This document shows, in pieces, positions 1 to 8,247 of a stretch of DNA of 64,000 bases (its first letter is position 1; each line of letters starts with the position of its first letter). Both the position numbers and the translations under genes were made by a program. Source of the stretch: an uncultured Planctomycetia bacterium. Lineage in GTDB: Bacteria; Omnitrophota; Gorgyraeia; CAYWPX01. The notes beneath the pieces were generated by a model, which was not told the origin of the DNA, did no database searches, and worked only from the letters and a program-made list of their open reading frames with translations. The stretch lies in NCBI GenBank assembly GCA_964460615.1, contig CAYWPX010000001.1, positions 188,132 through 252,131 on the forward strand, written 5' to 3'.

Positions 1-1
1 T

Positions 2-1255
2 AATGAGAAGCTGCAGAATACTTTTATCGCCCTTAGAGATCTGGGTAATACCCTTATAGTCGTAGAGCATGATGAAGATACTATAAGAAAGGCTGATTAT
101 GTAATAGACCTTGGTCCGGGTGCGGGCGTAGAGGGCGGTAGATTGATAGCAGCTGGTACGCCAAAAGAGGTAGAGGCTACAAAAGACTCACTTACCGGGC
201 AATATCTCCGCGGTGACCTAAAAATCAGAATGCCTAAGACAAGGCGAAAAATTAATAACAAAAAAGTTTTGAAGATTATTGGTGCCGAGGAACACAATCT
301 GAAAAATATAGACGTAAATATTCCCCTGGGATTATTTGTATGCGTGACGGGTGTATCGGGCTCAGGGAAGAGCACTCTGATAGAAGATATTTTGTATAAG
401 TCTCTGGCCAAGCATCTCTATAACTCCAAAGAGAAACCCGGCAAATTCAGAAAACTTGAGGGGATGGATCTGGTGGACAAAGTAATAGTCATAGACCAGT
501 CTCCGATCGGCCGAACCCCAAGGAGCAATCCAGCGACCTATACTGGACTTTTTTCACCCATTAGGGATCTATTTTCCAAATTACCTGAGGCGAAGGTCAG
601 AGGATATAAACCGGGTAGGTTCAGTTTTAATGTAAAAGGCGGCCGGTGCGAATCCTGCCAGGGCGACGGGATAAAAAAGATAGAGATGCACTTTTTACCG
701 GATGTCTATGTCCAGTGTGAGATATGTAAAGGGAGAAGATTTAACGAGCAGACTTTGGATGTTCAGTTTAAGGGTAAGTCAATTGCTGATGTCCTGGACC
801 TGAGTATAAAGGACGCAATAGAACTATTCGGAAGTATACCAAGCATAAAAGATAAACTGCAGTTATTGATAGACGTTGGCCTTGAATATATAAAGCTGGG
901 GCAGTCAGCTACCACTCTAAGCGGAGGCGAGGCACAGAGGATAAAACTCTCAAGCGAACTATCCAAAAGAGCTACAGGTAAAACTATTTATATTCTTGAT
1001 GAGCCGACTACAGGACTGCACTTTGCTGACATAGATAAATTGCTTACAGTATTGCAGAGACTTGTTGAGACAGGGAATACAGTTTTGGTTATAGAGCATA
1101 ACCTTGATGTGATAAAAAACGCTGATTATATAATCGACCTCGGGCCCGAGGGCGGGGACAAAGGCGGCGATGTTGTGGCGAACGGGACGCCGGAAGAGAT
1201 AGTGAAAAATAGCCATTCATATACTGGAGAATATTTGAAGAGCTACGTTAGATAG
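2..1255 (+). CDS. uvrA: Excinuclease ABC subunit A (UvrA), C-terminal part. The 5' end is cut by the window edge.
   Basis: The frame is open from position 2. The translation [57 protein letters not shown], the second ABC ATPase Walker [10 protein letters not shown] and the zinc-finger cysteines CESCQGDG...CEICKG are diagnostic of UvrA. Confidence 0.95.
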   Translation, partial: NEKLQNTFIALRDLGNTLIVVEHDEDTIRKADYVIDLGPGAGVEGGRLIAAGTPKEVEATKDSLTGQYLRGDLKIRMPKTRRKINNKKVLKIIGAEEHNLKNIDVNIPLGLFVCVTGVSGSGKSTLIEDILYKSLAKHLYNSKEKPGKFRKLEGMDLVDKVIVIDQSPIGRTPRSNPATYTGLFSPIRDLFSKLPEAKVRGYKPGRFSFNVKGGRCESCQGDGIKKIEMHFLPDVYVQCEICKGRRFNEQTLDVQFKGKSIADVLDLSIKDAIELFGSIPSIKDKLQLLIDVGLEYIKLGQSATTLSGGEAQRIKLSSELSKRATGKTIYILDEPTTGLHFADIDKLLTVLQRLVETGNTVLVIEHNLDVIKNADYIIDLGPEGGDKGGDVVANGTPEEIVKNSHSYTGEYLKSYVR

Positions 1256-1264
1256 GTCGCATGC

Positions 1265-1336
1265 CACAAGCGCACAAGAACACAAGTGCACAAGAACGCA
1301 AGCAGACAAGAACATAAGAATATAGGAACACAAGAA
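1265..1336. repeat. Nine tandem imperfect octamers (CACAAGNN) in the uvrA to TPR-gene intergenic region.
   Basis: Read directly: cacaagcg cacaagaa cacaagtg cacaagaa cgcaagca gacaagaa cataagaa tataggaa cacaagaa. They are followed at 1337-1400 by the reverse-complement word cttgtg and three copies of tggtgctct(g/t). Confidence 0.8.
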
Positions 1337-1420
1337 TGTATTTACTTGTGCTCTGGTGACTGGTGCTCTTGAAACAGTAATATTGGTGCTCTGGTGACAT
1401 TTATAAATTGAAAGAAGACA

Positions 1421-3829
1421 ATGAATAAAATAAAAAGAATTATAATTGTAGAGCTAGCGATGCTGGTAATGGCGGTGGGATCTGGATACGCGGCTATCAA
1501 TACGCAGGGCTCTATCAATCTTGCGCTGGACCAGGTGGAGAATAAAAATTACGCTCTTGCTAAGCTGGGGTTGCAGAAGGTTATTAACGATGATCTTAAG
1601 GGAAGTACATTCAATAAGGTTCATCTAGCCTTGGGCAAATGCTATTACTTTGAAAATGACTTTGAAAATGCAGCCAATGAGTTTGAGTTAGTAGCGGATT
1701 CGTTTTTGGATGAAAGCCTGAAGGACGAAGCCAATTATCTACTTGGTGAGACAAGCTACAAGAAGAAAAATTATTCCAAGGCGAGAGAATACTACGAACT
1801 GGTCTCGCAGGCATTTCCCACTTCAAGGTTTGCGGTTTTGGCGAATTATTCTAAGGCGTGGTGCGCTTATGATGAGGGCGATTACAAGGATGCCTTGAAT
1901 CTCTTTAAGGGGTTTTTAAATAAATATCCGGGTGACAAGATAGCCCAGGAAGCGATGTTTATGACAAGTCTTGCGGATTACGAGCTTTGTAACTATTATA
2001 GCGCCAAGTTGACGCTTAAAGAATTTATTGAAAAATATCCGCTCTCAAAGAGGCTGTCACAGTCATATTATCTTTTAGGTGAGATAGAGAATAAATTGGA
2101 TAATCCCGATGAATCGATAACTTATTTTAACAGGTCCCTTGAGATAGACTCGATGAGTGCCTGGAGTTCTTTTGCGTACAAGAATTTGGCTTTGGCTAAT
2201 TTTGCAGTAGGGAATTATAGTGATGCGCTCAAGAATTTTACTAAGGCAAGATCCTTGGCAACCGGCGAAGTCCTGAAGTTGGAAGCTATAATCGGCGAGG
2301 CTATTTCAAAGGTTAAACTGGATGGATCTGGCAATGCCGATGAGATGCTGAGTGCTCTTATAAAAGAGATAGACGGAAGTAATCTGATATCGCCTGAAGA
2401 GAGATATTTATTAAAAGGGATCGCTTTGACAAGTTTTGACAGGCTCGATAAGGCGCTTGAGATCTATAATGACGCAATAAATAAATTTTCCACTTTAAAT
2501 GAATTGTATGACTTCAGGTATAACCTCGGTAGGTTATATGTTAAGCTAAATGATCCGGATAATGCCATCAGACAATTTGAGGATATCTATAGGAGCAATT
2601 CAAGCGAGTATGTGAAAGGCGGTATGCTACTTGAGATCGCAAGGCTGAAAAGCGATAAAGAGGCGTTAAAATTTTATGATAAGATACTGAAATTGTACCC
2701 CGATAGCGGATTTGCCGATACGGCCCAGTATAATGTTGCAAAGATACTTCTGGAACAAGGTGACTATGACTCTTCACAGATGGCGTTCAGGAGTCTGGCT
2801 GTAAATTTTCCGGATTCGAGATATTTAATTGACGCCGAGTTTAATATTGCCCAGACTTTTAAAAAGAAAGGCGATTATGAGTCGGCAGGGGCTGTCCTTA
2901 AAAATATTTTGGAAAGATATTCCAATAGCGATATCAATCTTAAGGCAGCGATTTTTTATAAAGAGATAGGTATGTTCAGTGAAGCTATACCGATACTTAT
3001 AAAGCTTAAAAGCAATAGAAATCTCAATGAGATCGTTTCATATGAACTTGCCTATTCGTATTATGCATCGGGAGATACGGAAAATTCCTTGAATGAATTT
3101 AAGGAATTTTTAAAAAAATTCAAGGATTCACCGCTCAGTACCAATGTCAATCTTTGGCTGGCGGATTATTATTTTAATAAAGGCCAATATGATGTCGCAA
3201 AGTCCTTAAGCAATAAAATTGTCGGCCAGTCTAGTGACGCTCATTATATACTGGCAAGCATTCTATTGGCGCAGAATAAAACAAGTGACGCTAAGCGCGA
3301 ATTTGGCCTGGTTAGGCCTGAGAAAAATTCTTTTTATTATAAAAAAGCTATTTTGAAGCTGGCAAGTGTGGCTGAGACAGAGCATAATGATGAAGAGGCG
3401 TTTAATAATTATTCCAAACTTTGCAGTGATAGTGATCCTGAAATATCAAAGATGGCTTACAGAAAAATGGCCGAGATATCAAAAAGAACATATAAATACG
3501 ATGAGGCGATTGACTATTATCTGAAGGCGATCAGCGATAAAGACCACGATCTTAATGCGCAGATCCAATACCAGATAGCGGAGGTATTTGTACTTAATAA
3601 TGATCCGGAGCAGGCGCTTATGGAGTTTAAGAGGGTGACGCAGTTATATCCTGAAAGTAAATTCTGGGTAATTAAGTCATTTATCGAAAGCGCCAAGATT
3701 TGCGAAAGGCTCAAAAAGTACGAGCTGGCAAAAGAGATTTATACGGCTTTGGCAGATTATGACGCGGATTCGTCAAAATTTGCAATGACCAAAGTCGCAA
3801 TCTATAACAATTTTTTAAATAATAGATAA
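1421..3829 (+). CDS. Large tetratricopeptide-repeat (TPR) protein with an N-terminal signal peptide, probably periplasmic.
   Basis: 802-aa ORF. The N-terminus MNKIKRIIIVELAMLVMAVGSGYAA is signal-peptide-like. TPR-like 34-residue periodicity (Y/L/A patterns, NYSKAREYYELV, GDYKDALNLFKGFL) recurs throughout. The following gene starts 10 nt later. Confidence 0.8.
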   Translation: MNKIKRIIIVELAMLVMAVGSGYAAINTQGSINLALDQVENKNYALAKLGLQKVINDDLKGSTFNKVHLALGKCYYFENDFENAANEFELVADSFLDESLKDEANYLLGETSYKKKNYSKAREYYELVSQAFPTSRFAVLANYSKAWCAYDEGDYKDALNLFKGFLNKYPGDKIAQEAMFMTSLADYELCNYYSAKLTLKEFIEKYPLSKRLSQSYYLLGEIENKLDNPDESITYFNRSLEIDSMSAWSSFAYKNLALANFAVGNYSDALKNFTKARSLATGEVLKLEAIIGEAISKVKLDGSGNADEMLSALIKEIDGSNLISPEERYLLKGIALTSFDRLDKALEIYNDAINKFSTLNELYDFRYNLGRLYVKLNDPDNAIRQFEDIYRSNSSEYVKGGMLLEIARLKSDKEALKFYDKILKLYPDSGFADTAQYNVAKILLEQGDYDSSQMAFRSLAVNFPDSRYLIDAEFNIAQTFKKKGDYESAGAVLKNILERYSNSDINLKAAIFYKEIGMFSEAIPILIKLKSNRNLNEIVSYELAYSYYASGDTENSLNEFKEFLKKFKDSPLSTNVNLWLADYYFNKGQYDVAKSLSNKIVGQSSDAHYILASILLAQNKTSDAKREFGLVRPEKNSFYYKKAILKLASVAETEHNDEEAFNNYSKLCSDSDPEISKMAYRKMAEISKRTYKYDEAIDYYLKAISDKDHDLNAQIQYQIAEVFVLNNDPEQALMEFKRVTQLYPESKFWVIKSFIESAKICERLKKYELAKEIYTALADYDADSSKFAMTKVAIYNNFLNNR

Positions 3830-3838
3830 GGAGGTCTT

Positions 3839-4471
3839 ATGTGGGAGTGGGTCCAAAAGGGCGGGCCGTTGATGTATCCGATAATTCTCTGTTCTGTATT
3901 GGGATTTGCTATCATAGTTGAGAGATTTGTGGTTTTTTACAGGTCCAAGATAAATACCAGAAAATTTATGGATGAGATCTCTGAGCTCTTAAGGAGAAAC
4001 AGGATCGTCGAAGCTATCGAAAGATGTTCCAGTACCCAGGGGCCGGTATCCGAGATACTAAAAGCAGGCATTATGAAGCATGATAGGCCCAGGCCTGAAA
4101 TAAAAGAGGCCATCACGGAAGCGGCGTCATTTGAAATACCGAAACTGGAAAAACATCTGAGCGTCCTTTCTACAATCGCGCATATATGCCCTTTGCTTGG
4201 GTTGTTGGGGACCGTAAGCGGCATGATAAGGACTTTTCAGATCATCCAGGATAAGGCCACAAGTTTAAATCCCATCAATCCTTCGGAGCTTGCCGGAGGT
4301 ATATGGGAAGCGTTGGTGGCAACTGTTGCAGGCTTGGCGGTAGCGATACCGATGCTTGTGGCATATAACTATCTGGTAAGTGTTGTAGATGGGTTTGTTC
4401 TTGATATGGAAAAAAGTTCAACGGACCTGGTAAATTATTTTTCGGCTAGGCAGGATAAATATGAAGTTTAA
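3839..4471 (+). CDS. MotA/TolQ/ExbB family proton-channel protein.
   Basis: 210 aa with three TM segments and the conserved C-terminal TM motif (LLGLLGTVSGMIRTF...GGIWEALVATVAGLAVAIP) typical of ExbB/TolQ. It overlaps the next gene by 11 nt. Confidence 0.85.
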   Translation: MWEWVQKGGPLMYPIILCSVLGFAIIVERFVVFYRSKINTRKFMDEISELLRRNRIVEAIERCSSTQGPVSEILKAGIMKHDRPRPEIKEAITEAASFEIPKLEKHLSVLSTIAHICPLLGLLGTVSGMIRTFQIIQDKATSLNPINPSELAGGIWEALVATVAGLAVAIPMLVAYNYLVSVVDGFVLDMEKSSTDLVNYFSARQDKYEV

Positions 4472-4865
4472 AAGAAGAATAACTCAGGAAAGAGGAGAAC
4501 TTTCGAGCCTTGATATAGCGCCGCTCATCAATGTGGTGTTCTTATTGTTGATATTTTTTGTGTTTACATCAGTTTTCGTGGTCCAGCCTGCAATAAAGAT
4601 CGATCTGCCAAGAGCCGTTACTAGCGAGGTCTTGTACAAAAGAGGCCTTGTTGTCATTATTAATAGTAAGGATGAGCTGTATCTGAATGAAAGGCGCATT
4701 TCTAAAGAAGAGCTGTTGAAACTTATAAGGATATCATCCGAAGAGGAAAGATCGGTTCTTATAAAAGCGGATAAAAAGGCCAGCCTCGGCAGAGTGGTCG
4801 AAATCTGGGACATGGCGAGGGATGAAGGCATAAGCGCAATCAATATAGCAACAAGCCAGGAGTAA
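4461..4865 (+). CDS. ExbD/TolR family biopolymer transport protein.
   Basis: 134 aa with a single N-terminal TM (IAPLINVVFLLLIFFVFTS) and an ExbD-like periplasmic domain. It is translationally coupled to the MotA/ExbB gene. Confidence 0.8.
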   Translation: MKFKRRITQERGELSSLDIAPLINVVFLLLIFFVFTSVFVVQPAIKIDLPRAVTSEVLYKRGLVVIINSKDELYLNERRISKEELLKLIRISSEEERSVLIKADKKASLGRVVEIWDMARDEGISAINIATSQE

Positions 4866-4868
4866 CCT

Positions 4869-5001
4869 GAACAAAGAAATTGTAATTTTTAAATATAGGA
4901 TTTCTGAGTTCTGGTTCCACCACCGAGTGTTGCAAAAATATAACCAACTGGAAATCTAATGGATTTCCAGGGTAGATTTATGCAATATGGTGTACATGCA
5001 G
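4869..5001. repeat. Structured intergenic palindromic element, copy A. A short hairpin is followed by a long imperfect hairpin with a central core palindrome.
   Basis: Hairpin 1: gaacaaagaaatt / ggatttctgagttc. The long hairpin has arms built around gtgttgcaaaaatat ... atttatgcaatatggtg. Core palindrome ctggaaatctaatggatttccag at 4948-4970. It shares sequence with copies at 38131-38246 and 17962-18048. Confidence 0.6.
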
Positions 5002-5028
5002 AAAAAAATATAAACCAGGAACCTTACT

Positions 5029-5400
5029 ATGAAAGACAGTAAATTATTTATAATGATCTTAGCGGGTTCGTTCGCATGGCATATTTTTTGGATCAGCCTT
5101 GTGGATATTACCGTGGAGACAAATCAGCCCAAGTCTGTCAGGTATGGCAAGATTTCGTTTTTGGGGCCGATATTGGACGAGAAGACTTTAAGGGTAATGA
5201 TGACCAATGAAGAAAGGCATCTGGTGAAAATTATTGACACTAATTTGTACGCTAAGGATCTGACGGATCCCGAGGTTTTGCCTGCTAAGATAACAAACCT
5301 GAAAAATACTGCTTTGACGGATGTCGGTTTTAGCCGGACAGATTTTAGGCCGATACAAGATATATTGGATGTAAGAAAAAGCGATATAACCGATAACTGA
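5029..5400 (+). CDS. Hypothetical membrane-anchored protein.
   Basis: 123-aa ORF with an N-terminal hydrophobic segment (LFIMILAGSFAWHIFWISLV). No recognisable family. Confidence 0.45.
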   Translation: MKDSKLFIMILAGSFAWHIFWISLVDITVETNQPKSVRYGKISFLGPILDEKTLRVMMTNEERHLVKIIDTNLYAKDLTDPEVLPAKITNLKNTALTDVGFSRTDFRPIQDILDVRKSDITDN

Positions 5401-5412
5401 TAGGCGTTAATC

Positions 5413-5637
5413 ATGATAAAATTGGATATGACACTTGCATTATCACTGTATCTTTTATTTTTTGTTGCAGGGTTATTGGTTCTGTGGCTGATTTTTGAAA
5501 AAAGCTTCAAATTCAGGAAAATTTCCTTTTCTGAGAAATTTATCTGGAAGTGCAGTGTATGCTTCAATGTTTATGTGGATAGCCTTAATGAGGATATTTC
5601 AAGTTGCCCAATGTGCAAAAGTTTCAATAAGCGGTAA
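5413..5637 (+). CDS. Small membrane protein with a C-terminal CxxC...CxxC zinc ribbon.
   Basis: 74 aa. One TM (LALSLYLLFFVAGLLVLWLIF), then CSVC...18 aa...CPMC. Confidence 0.4.
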   Translation: MIKLDMTLALSLYLLFFVAGLLVLWLIFEKSFKFRKISFSEKFIWKCSVCFNVYVDSLNEDISSCPMCKSFNKR

Positions 5638-5663
5638 GAATTAAGAAAGGGGGTGAATGCGGT

Positions 5664-5864
5664 ATGATAACTGAAATTGGCATTGTCGCCGGTGAGATAT
5701 GGCATTATCTGGATGACCATGGAAAGACGAAGCTGGACGATCTGATCAAAGGTATTGAAAAGGACAGGAAGTTAGTCCTTATGAGCCTGGGGTGGCTGGC
5801 CAGAGAGGGGCATGTAATTATGGATGGCGGAGAGTCCAATTATGAAGTTTATTTAAGAAGGTAA
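5664..5864 (+). CDS. Small winged-helix-like hypothetical protein.
   Basis: 66 aa. There is a G-rich Shine-Dalgarno (aagggggtga) upstream. The pattern (IW.YL...G...L..L......D...V..SLGWLAREGHV) resembles small wHTH DNA-binding proteins. Confidence 0.4.
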   Translation: MITEIGIVAGEIWHYLDDHGKTKLDDLIKGIEKDRKLVLMSLGWLAREGHVIMDGGESNYEVYLRR

Positions 5865-5877
5865 AAGGAGAAAATAT

Positions 5878-6150
5878 ATGACTGCCGAAGAAATAAAACA
5901 AGAGGAAGAGATAGTTCCTATAGCAGCACCTTTAAAAGTAATAAGCCATAGCACTATTCATAAAAGATTCGGATGGTGGGCAGCTGTTGCATTGATAGAA
6001 TCATGGGGAAGAAAGCAGATATGTTTCTATCTTTGGCAAAAAAAAGCTGAAGGCGGATGGAAAAGAAAACAGAAATTTGCCATCCACACTCAGGGTGATT
6101 GGAAAAAAATGAAGGAAGCCGTTGATAAGTTAGTCGGTGAGCTTTCGTAG
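5878..6150 (+). CDS. Hypothetical protein.
   Basis: 90-aa ORF with a strong Shine-Dalgarno (aaggag) 8 nt upstream of the ATG. No family recognised. Confidence 0.45.
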   Translation: MTAEEIKQEEEIVPIAAPLKVISHSTIHKRFGWWAAVALIESWGRKQICFYLWQKKAEGGWKRKQKFAIHTQGDWKKMKEAVDKLVGELS

Positions 6151-6263
6151 TGTTAGCTTGGAGTTAGGAGTGAAATTTATCTAAAGATAAATTTCTAGAG
6201 TTATGAGTTAATCTAAATATAACCCCTATTCTGAGAGGTATAGCGTTAATAGATTGAGGTAAA

Positions 6264-6581
6264 ATGTCTAAATATTTAATAATTCTAACAACAGCATGCT
6301 CAAAAAAAGAGGCGCTTTTATTAACCAATAAGCTTTTAACAAAAAAGCTGTGTGCGTGTGTTAATATTACCGGAAGCGTTGAGTCGCATTATTGGTGGAA
6401 GAAAAAGGTAAACAAAGCCAAGGAATGGATGCTATTTATCAAGACAGAGTCGAAGCTGTTTGGTAAAGTGAAAAAAGAAATTAAGCAACATCATAGTTAT
6501 GATGTCCCTGAGATAATAGCTTTGCCTGTTATTAGAGGAAGCAAGAATTATCTCGATTGGATTAGTTCTAGCATAAAATAA
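6264..6581 (+). CDS. cutA: Divalent-cation tolerance protein CutA.
   Basis: 105 aa with the conserved CutA pattern CACVNI...SHYWWKKKV...EWMLFIKT...HSYDVPEIIALPVIRGSKNYLDWI. Confidence 0.8.
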   Translation: MSKYLIILTTACSKKEALLLTNKLLTKKLCACVNITGSVESHYWWKKKVNKAKEWMLFIKTESKLFGKVKKEIKQHHSYDVPEIIALPVIRGSKNYLDWISSSIK

Positions 6582-6612
6582 TTATTTCAAACATTTAAAG
6601 TATTCTAATATT

Positions 6613-6981
6613 ATGCCTAGATTTGTTGTACAAAAACATAATGCAACACAACTTCATTATGATTTCAGGCTTGAGATGGAAGGAGTACTCAAAAGTTGGG
6701 CCGTGCCGAAAGAGCCGTCTAATAATTCCAGCATCAAGAGACTGGCTATTGAGGTCCCTGACCATGAGGTCGGCTATATAGATTTTGAAGGTGTGATAGA
6801 AGAGGGAAGTTATGGTGCCGGCAAGGTTGAGATATGGGATAAAGGTACATATGACCTTGAGTCGAAAGATAAGTCAAAAATAACATTTGAGCTTAAAGGA
6901 AAAAAATTAAAAGGAAAATTCGCCTTGATAAAGACAAAATATGCCAAAAATTCGTGGCTTTTATTCAAGGTTAAAAAATAG
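6613..6981 (+). CDS. Stand-alone DNA ligase D 3'-phosphoesterase (LigD PE) domain protein.
   Basis: 122 aa. The N-terminal FVVQKHNATQLHYDFRLEMEGVLKSWAVPKEPS is the signature of the LigD phosphoesterase domain. Confidence 0.8.
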   Translation: MPRFVVQKHNATQLHYDFRLEMEGVLKSWAVPKEPSNNSSIKRLAIEVPDHEVGYIDFEGVIEEGSYGAGKVEIWDKGTYDLESKDKSKITFELKGKKLKGKFALIKTKYAKNSWLLFKVKK

Positions 6982-7059
6982 ATTGAATGAACGTATGGAT
7001 AAGATAATTTATCTAATTTTATTGATCTCGAGTGTTTTTACTTTGGAGGGGTTTACTAT

Positions 7060-7645
7060 GAAGACTATTGATTTGCCGGATCCTTCTTTGAAGGGTAAAA
7101 TGTCACTGGAAGAAGCAATATTAAATCGTAGGTCGGTAAGGGATTTTGATACAAAAAGAGCGCTTAAGCTTGATATGATCTCGCAGCTTTTGTGGGCCGC
7201 TCAGGGTATTACTGATAAAAGGAACGATCTTAGGTCAGCTCCGTCTGCAGGAGGGCTTTATCCGCTTGAAGTTTATGTTGTAACACAGGAGGGGTTGTTT
7301 CATTATTTAGTCAAAACTCATCAGTTACGGTCTATCATGGATGGCGATATAAGAAAAGATTTAAAAGATGCCTGCTGGGGCCAACTTTCAATATACGAAG
7401 CGCCGTCAGTTTTTATTATAACGGCGGTATATGATAGAATTAGGCCTAAGTACGGAGATAGGGCAATAAGGTATACTGATAATGAAGTTGGGCATGTTGC
7501 TGAAAATCTTGAGCTTCAGGCGGTGACCCTGGGGCTTGGTTCTGTATCTATCGGAGCGTTCGAGGATAATAAAGTAAAAGAAATTTTAGCACTACCAGAA
7601 AATGAAAAAATATTGTATATTATTCCGGTGGGGTATAAAAAATAA
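7060..7645 (+). CDS. SagB-type dehydrogenase / nitroreductase family protein.
   Basis: The ORF track starts at 6941, but GGAGGGG sits 7 nt upstream of the ATG at 7060 (MKTIDLPDP...). It has a nitroreductase-fold pattern (RRSVRDF, LSQLLWAAQGIT, PSAGGLYPLEVYVV, GHVAENLELQAVTLGLGS). Confidence 0.7.
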
Positions 7646-7673
7646 ATCCAAAAAAAATTTTATATAGTTTATT

Positions 7674-7949
7674 ATGGATAGAGGCTTTGTATATATTTTA
7701 AGAAGTGTTAAAAATAATAGATTTTACATAGGAAGTACAAAGAATATAGAAAGACGGTTAAAAGAACATGAATTGGGTTATGTTAAGTCTACTAAAAATA
7801 TCCGTCCTATTAAAATTGAGCTTTACCAGGAATATAGAAGTTTTAGTTTAGCTCGACAAATTGAACGAAAACTAAAAAAATTAAAAAGAAAAGATTATCT
7901 GGAAAAGATAGTTCAAGTCGGACACATAGATTTGGCTCCGACGCTCTAA
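7674..7949 (+). CDS. GIY-YIG nuclease family protein (small, UPF0213-like).
   Basis: 91 aa. It has the GIY-YIG motif GFVYILRS...RFYIGSTKNIERRLKEH plus a conserved downstream Arg/Glu. Confidence 0.75.
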   Translation: MDRGFVYILRSVKNNRFYIGSTKNIERRLKEHELGYVKSTKNIRPIKIELYQEYRSFSLARQIERKLKKLKRKDYLEKIVQVGHIDLAPTL

Positions 7950-8015
7950 CGAGGTCGGAGCCCGAGACTTCCTCTGAATAAGGAAGGGGAAGTTCAAAAA
8001 GTTTAGGAAAGTCTC

Positions 8016-8091
8016 GGGGATGTAGCTCAGCTGGGAGAGCACCACGTTCGCAACGTGGGGGCCGGGAGTTCGATCCTCCCCATCTCCACCA
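8016..8091 (+). tRNA. tRNA-Ala (anticodon CGC).
   Basis: Perfect cloverleaf: acceptor GGGGATG/CATCTCC with the G3:U70 Ala identity pair, D arm GCTC/GAGC, anticodon stem CCACG/CGTGG with loop TTCGCAA, T arm GGGAG-TTCGATC-CTCCC, and an encoded CCA. Confidence 0.9.
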
Positions 8092-8121
8092 AATTTTATA
8101 GAATAATAAATAAGAGTAGCT

Positions 8122-8183
8122 TCCCGACGTTCATATACATTCAGTCGGGATCCCGACCTCCAAAGATTTTTGGAGTGTCGGGA
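8122..8183. repeat. Two adjacent CCCGAC hairpins between the tRNA-Ala gene and its partial copy.
   Basis: Hairpin 1 is tcccgac-N15-gtcggga (8122-8150). Hairpin 2 is tcccgac ctccaaa gatt tttggag tgtcggga (8151-8183). Related hairpins: cccgagacttcc/ggaaagtctcggg at 7958-8019 and ttcccgacaaaagatttcgggaa at 8420-8443. Confidence 0.7.
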
Positions 8184-8247
8184 CAGCTGGGAGAGCACCA
8201 CGTTCGCAACGTGGGGGCCGGGAGTTCGATCCTCCCCATCTCCACCA
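8184..8247 (+). pseudogene. Partial copy of tRNA-Ala: the 3' 64 nt, with a degenerate 5' half.
   Basis: 64 nt identical to 8028-8091 (cagctgggagagcaccacgttcgcaacgtgggggccgggagttcgatcctccccatctccacca). The upstream sequence (ggagtgtcgggac) cannot form the acceptor or D stems. A hairpin plus T-run (ttttctgc...gcagaaaaat) follows. Confidence 0.8.

Noticed and set aside
97-411. 104-aa minus-strand ORF at the window start.
   Set aside because: It is fully embedded antisense in the uvrA ATPase domain and has a low-complexity translation.
1256-1420. I considered a CRISPR-like or minisatellite array.
   Set aside because: The units are only 8 bp, contiguous and without spacers. No cas genes are nearby. 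It is better described as an octamer tandem repeat.
5124-5567. 147-aa minus-strand ORF.
   Set aside because: It lies antisense across two plus-strand genes with good start contexts (5029 and 5413). It is low-complexity and has no Shine-Dalgarno.
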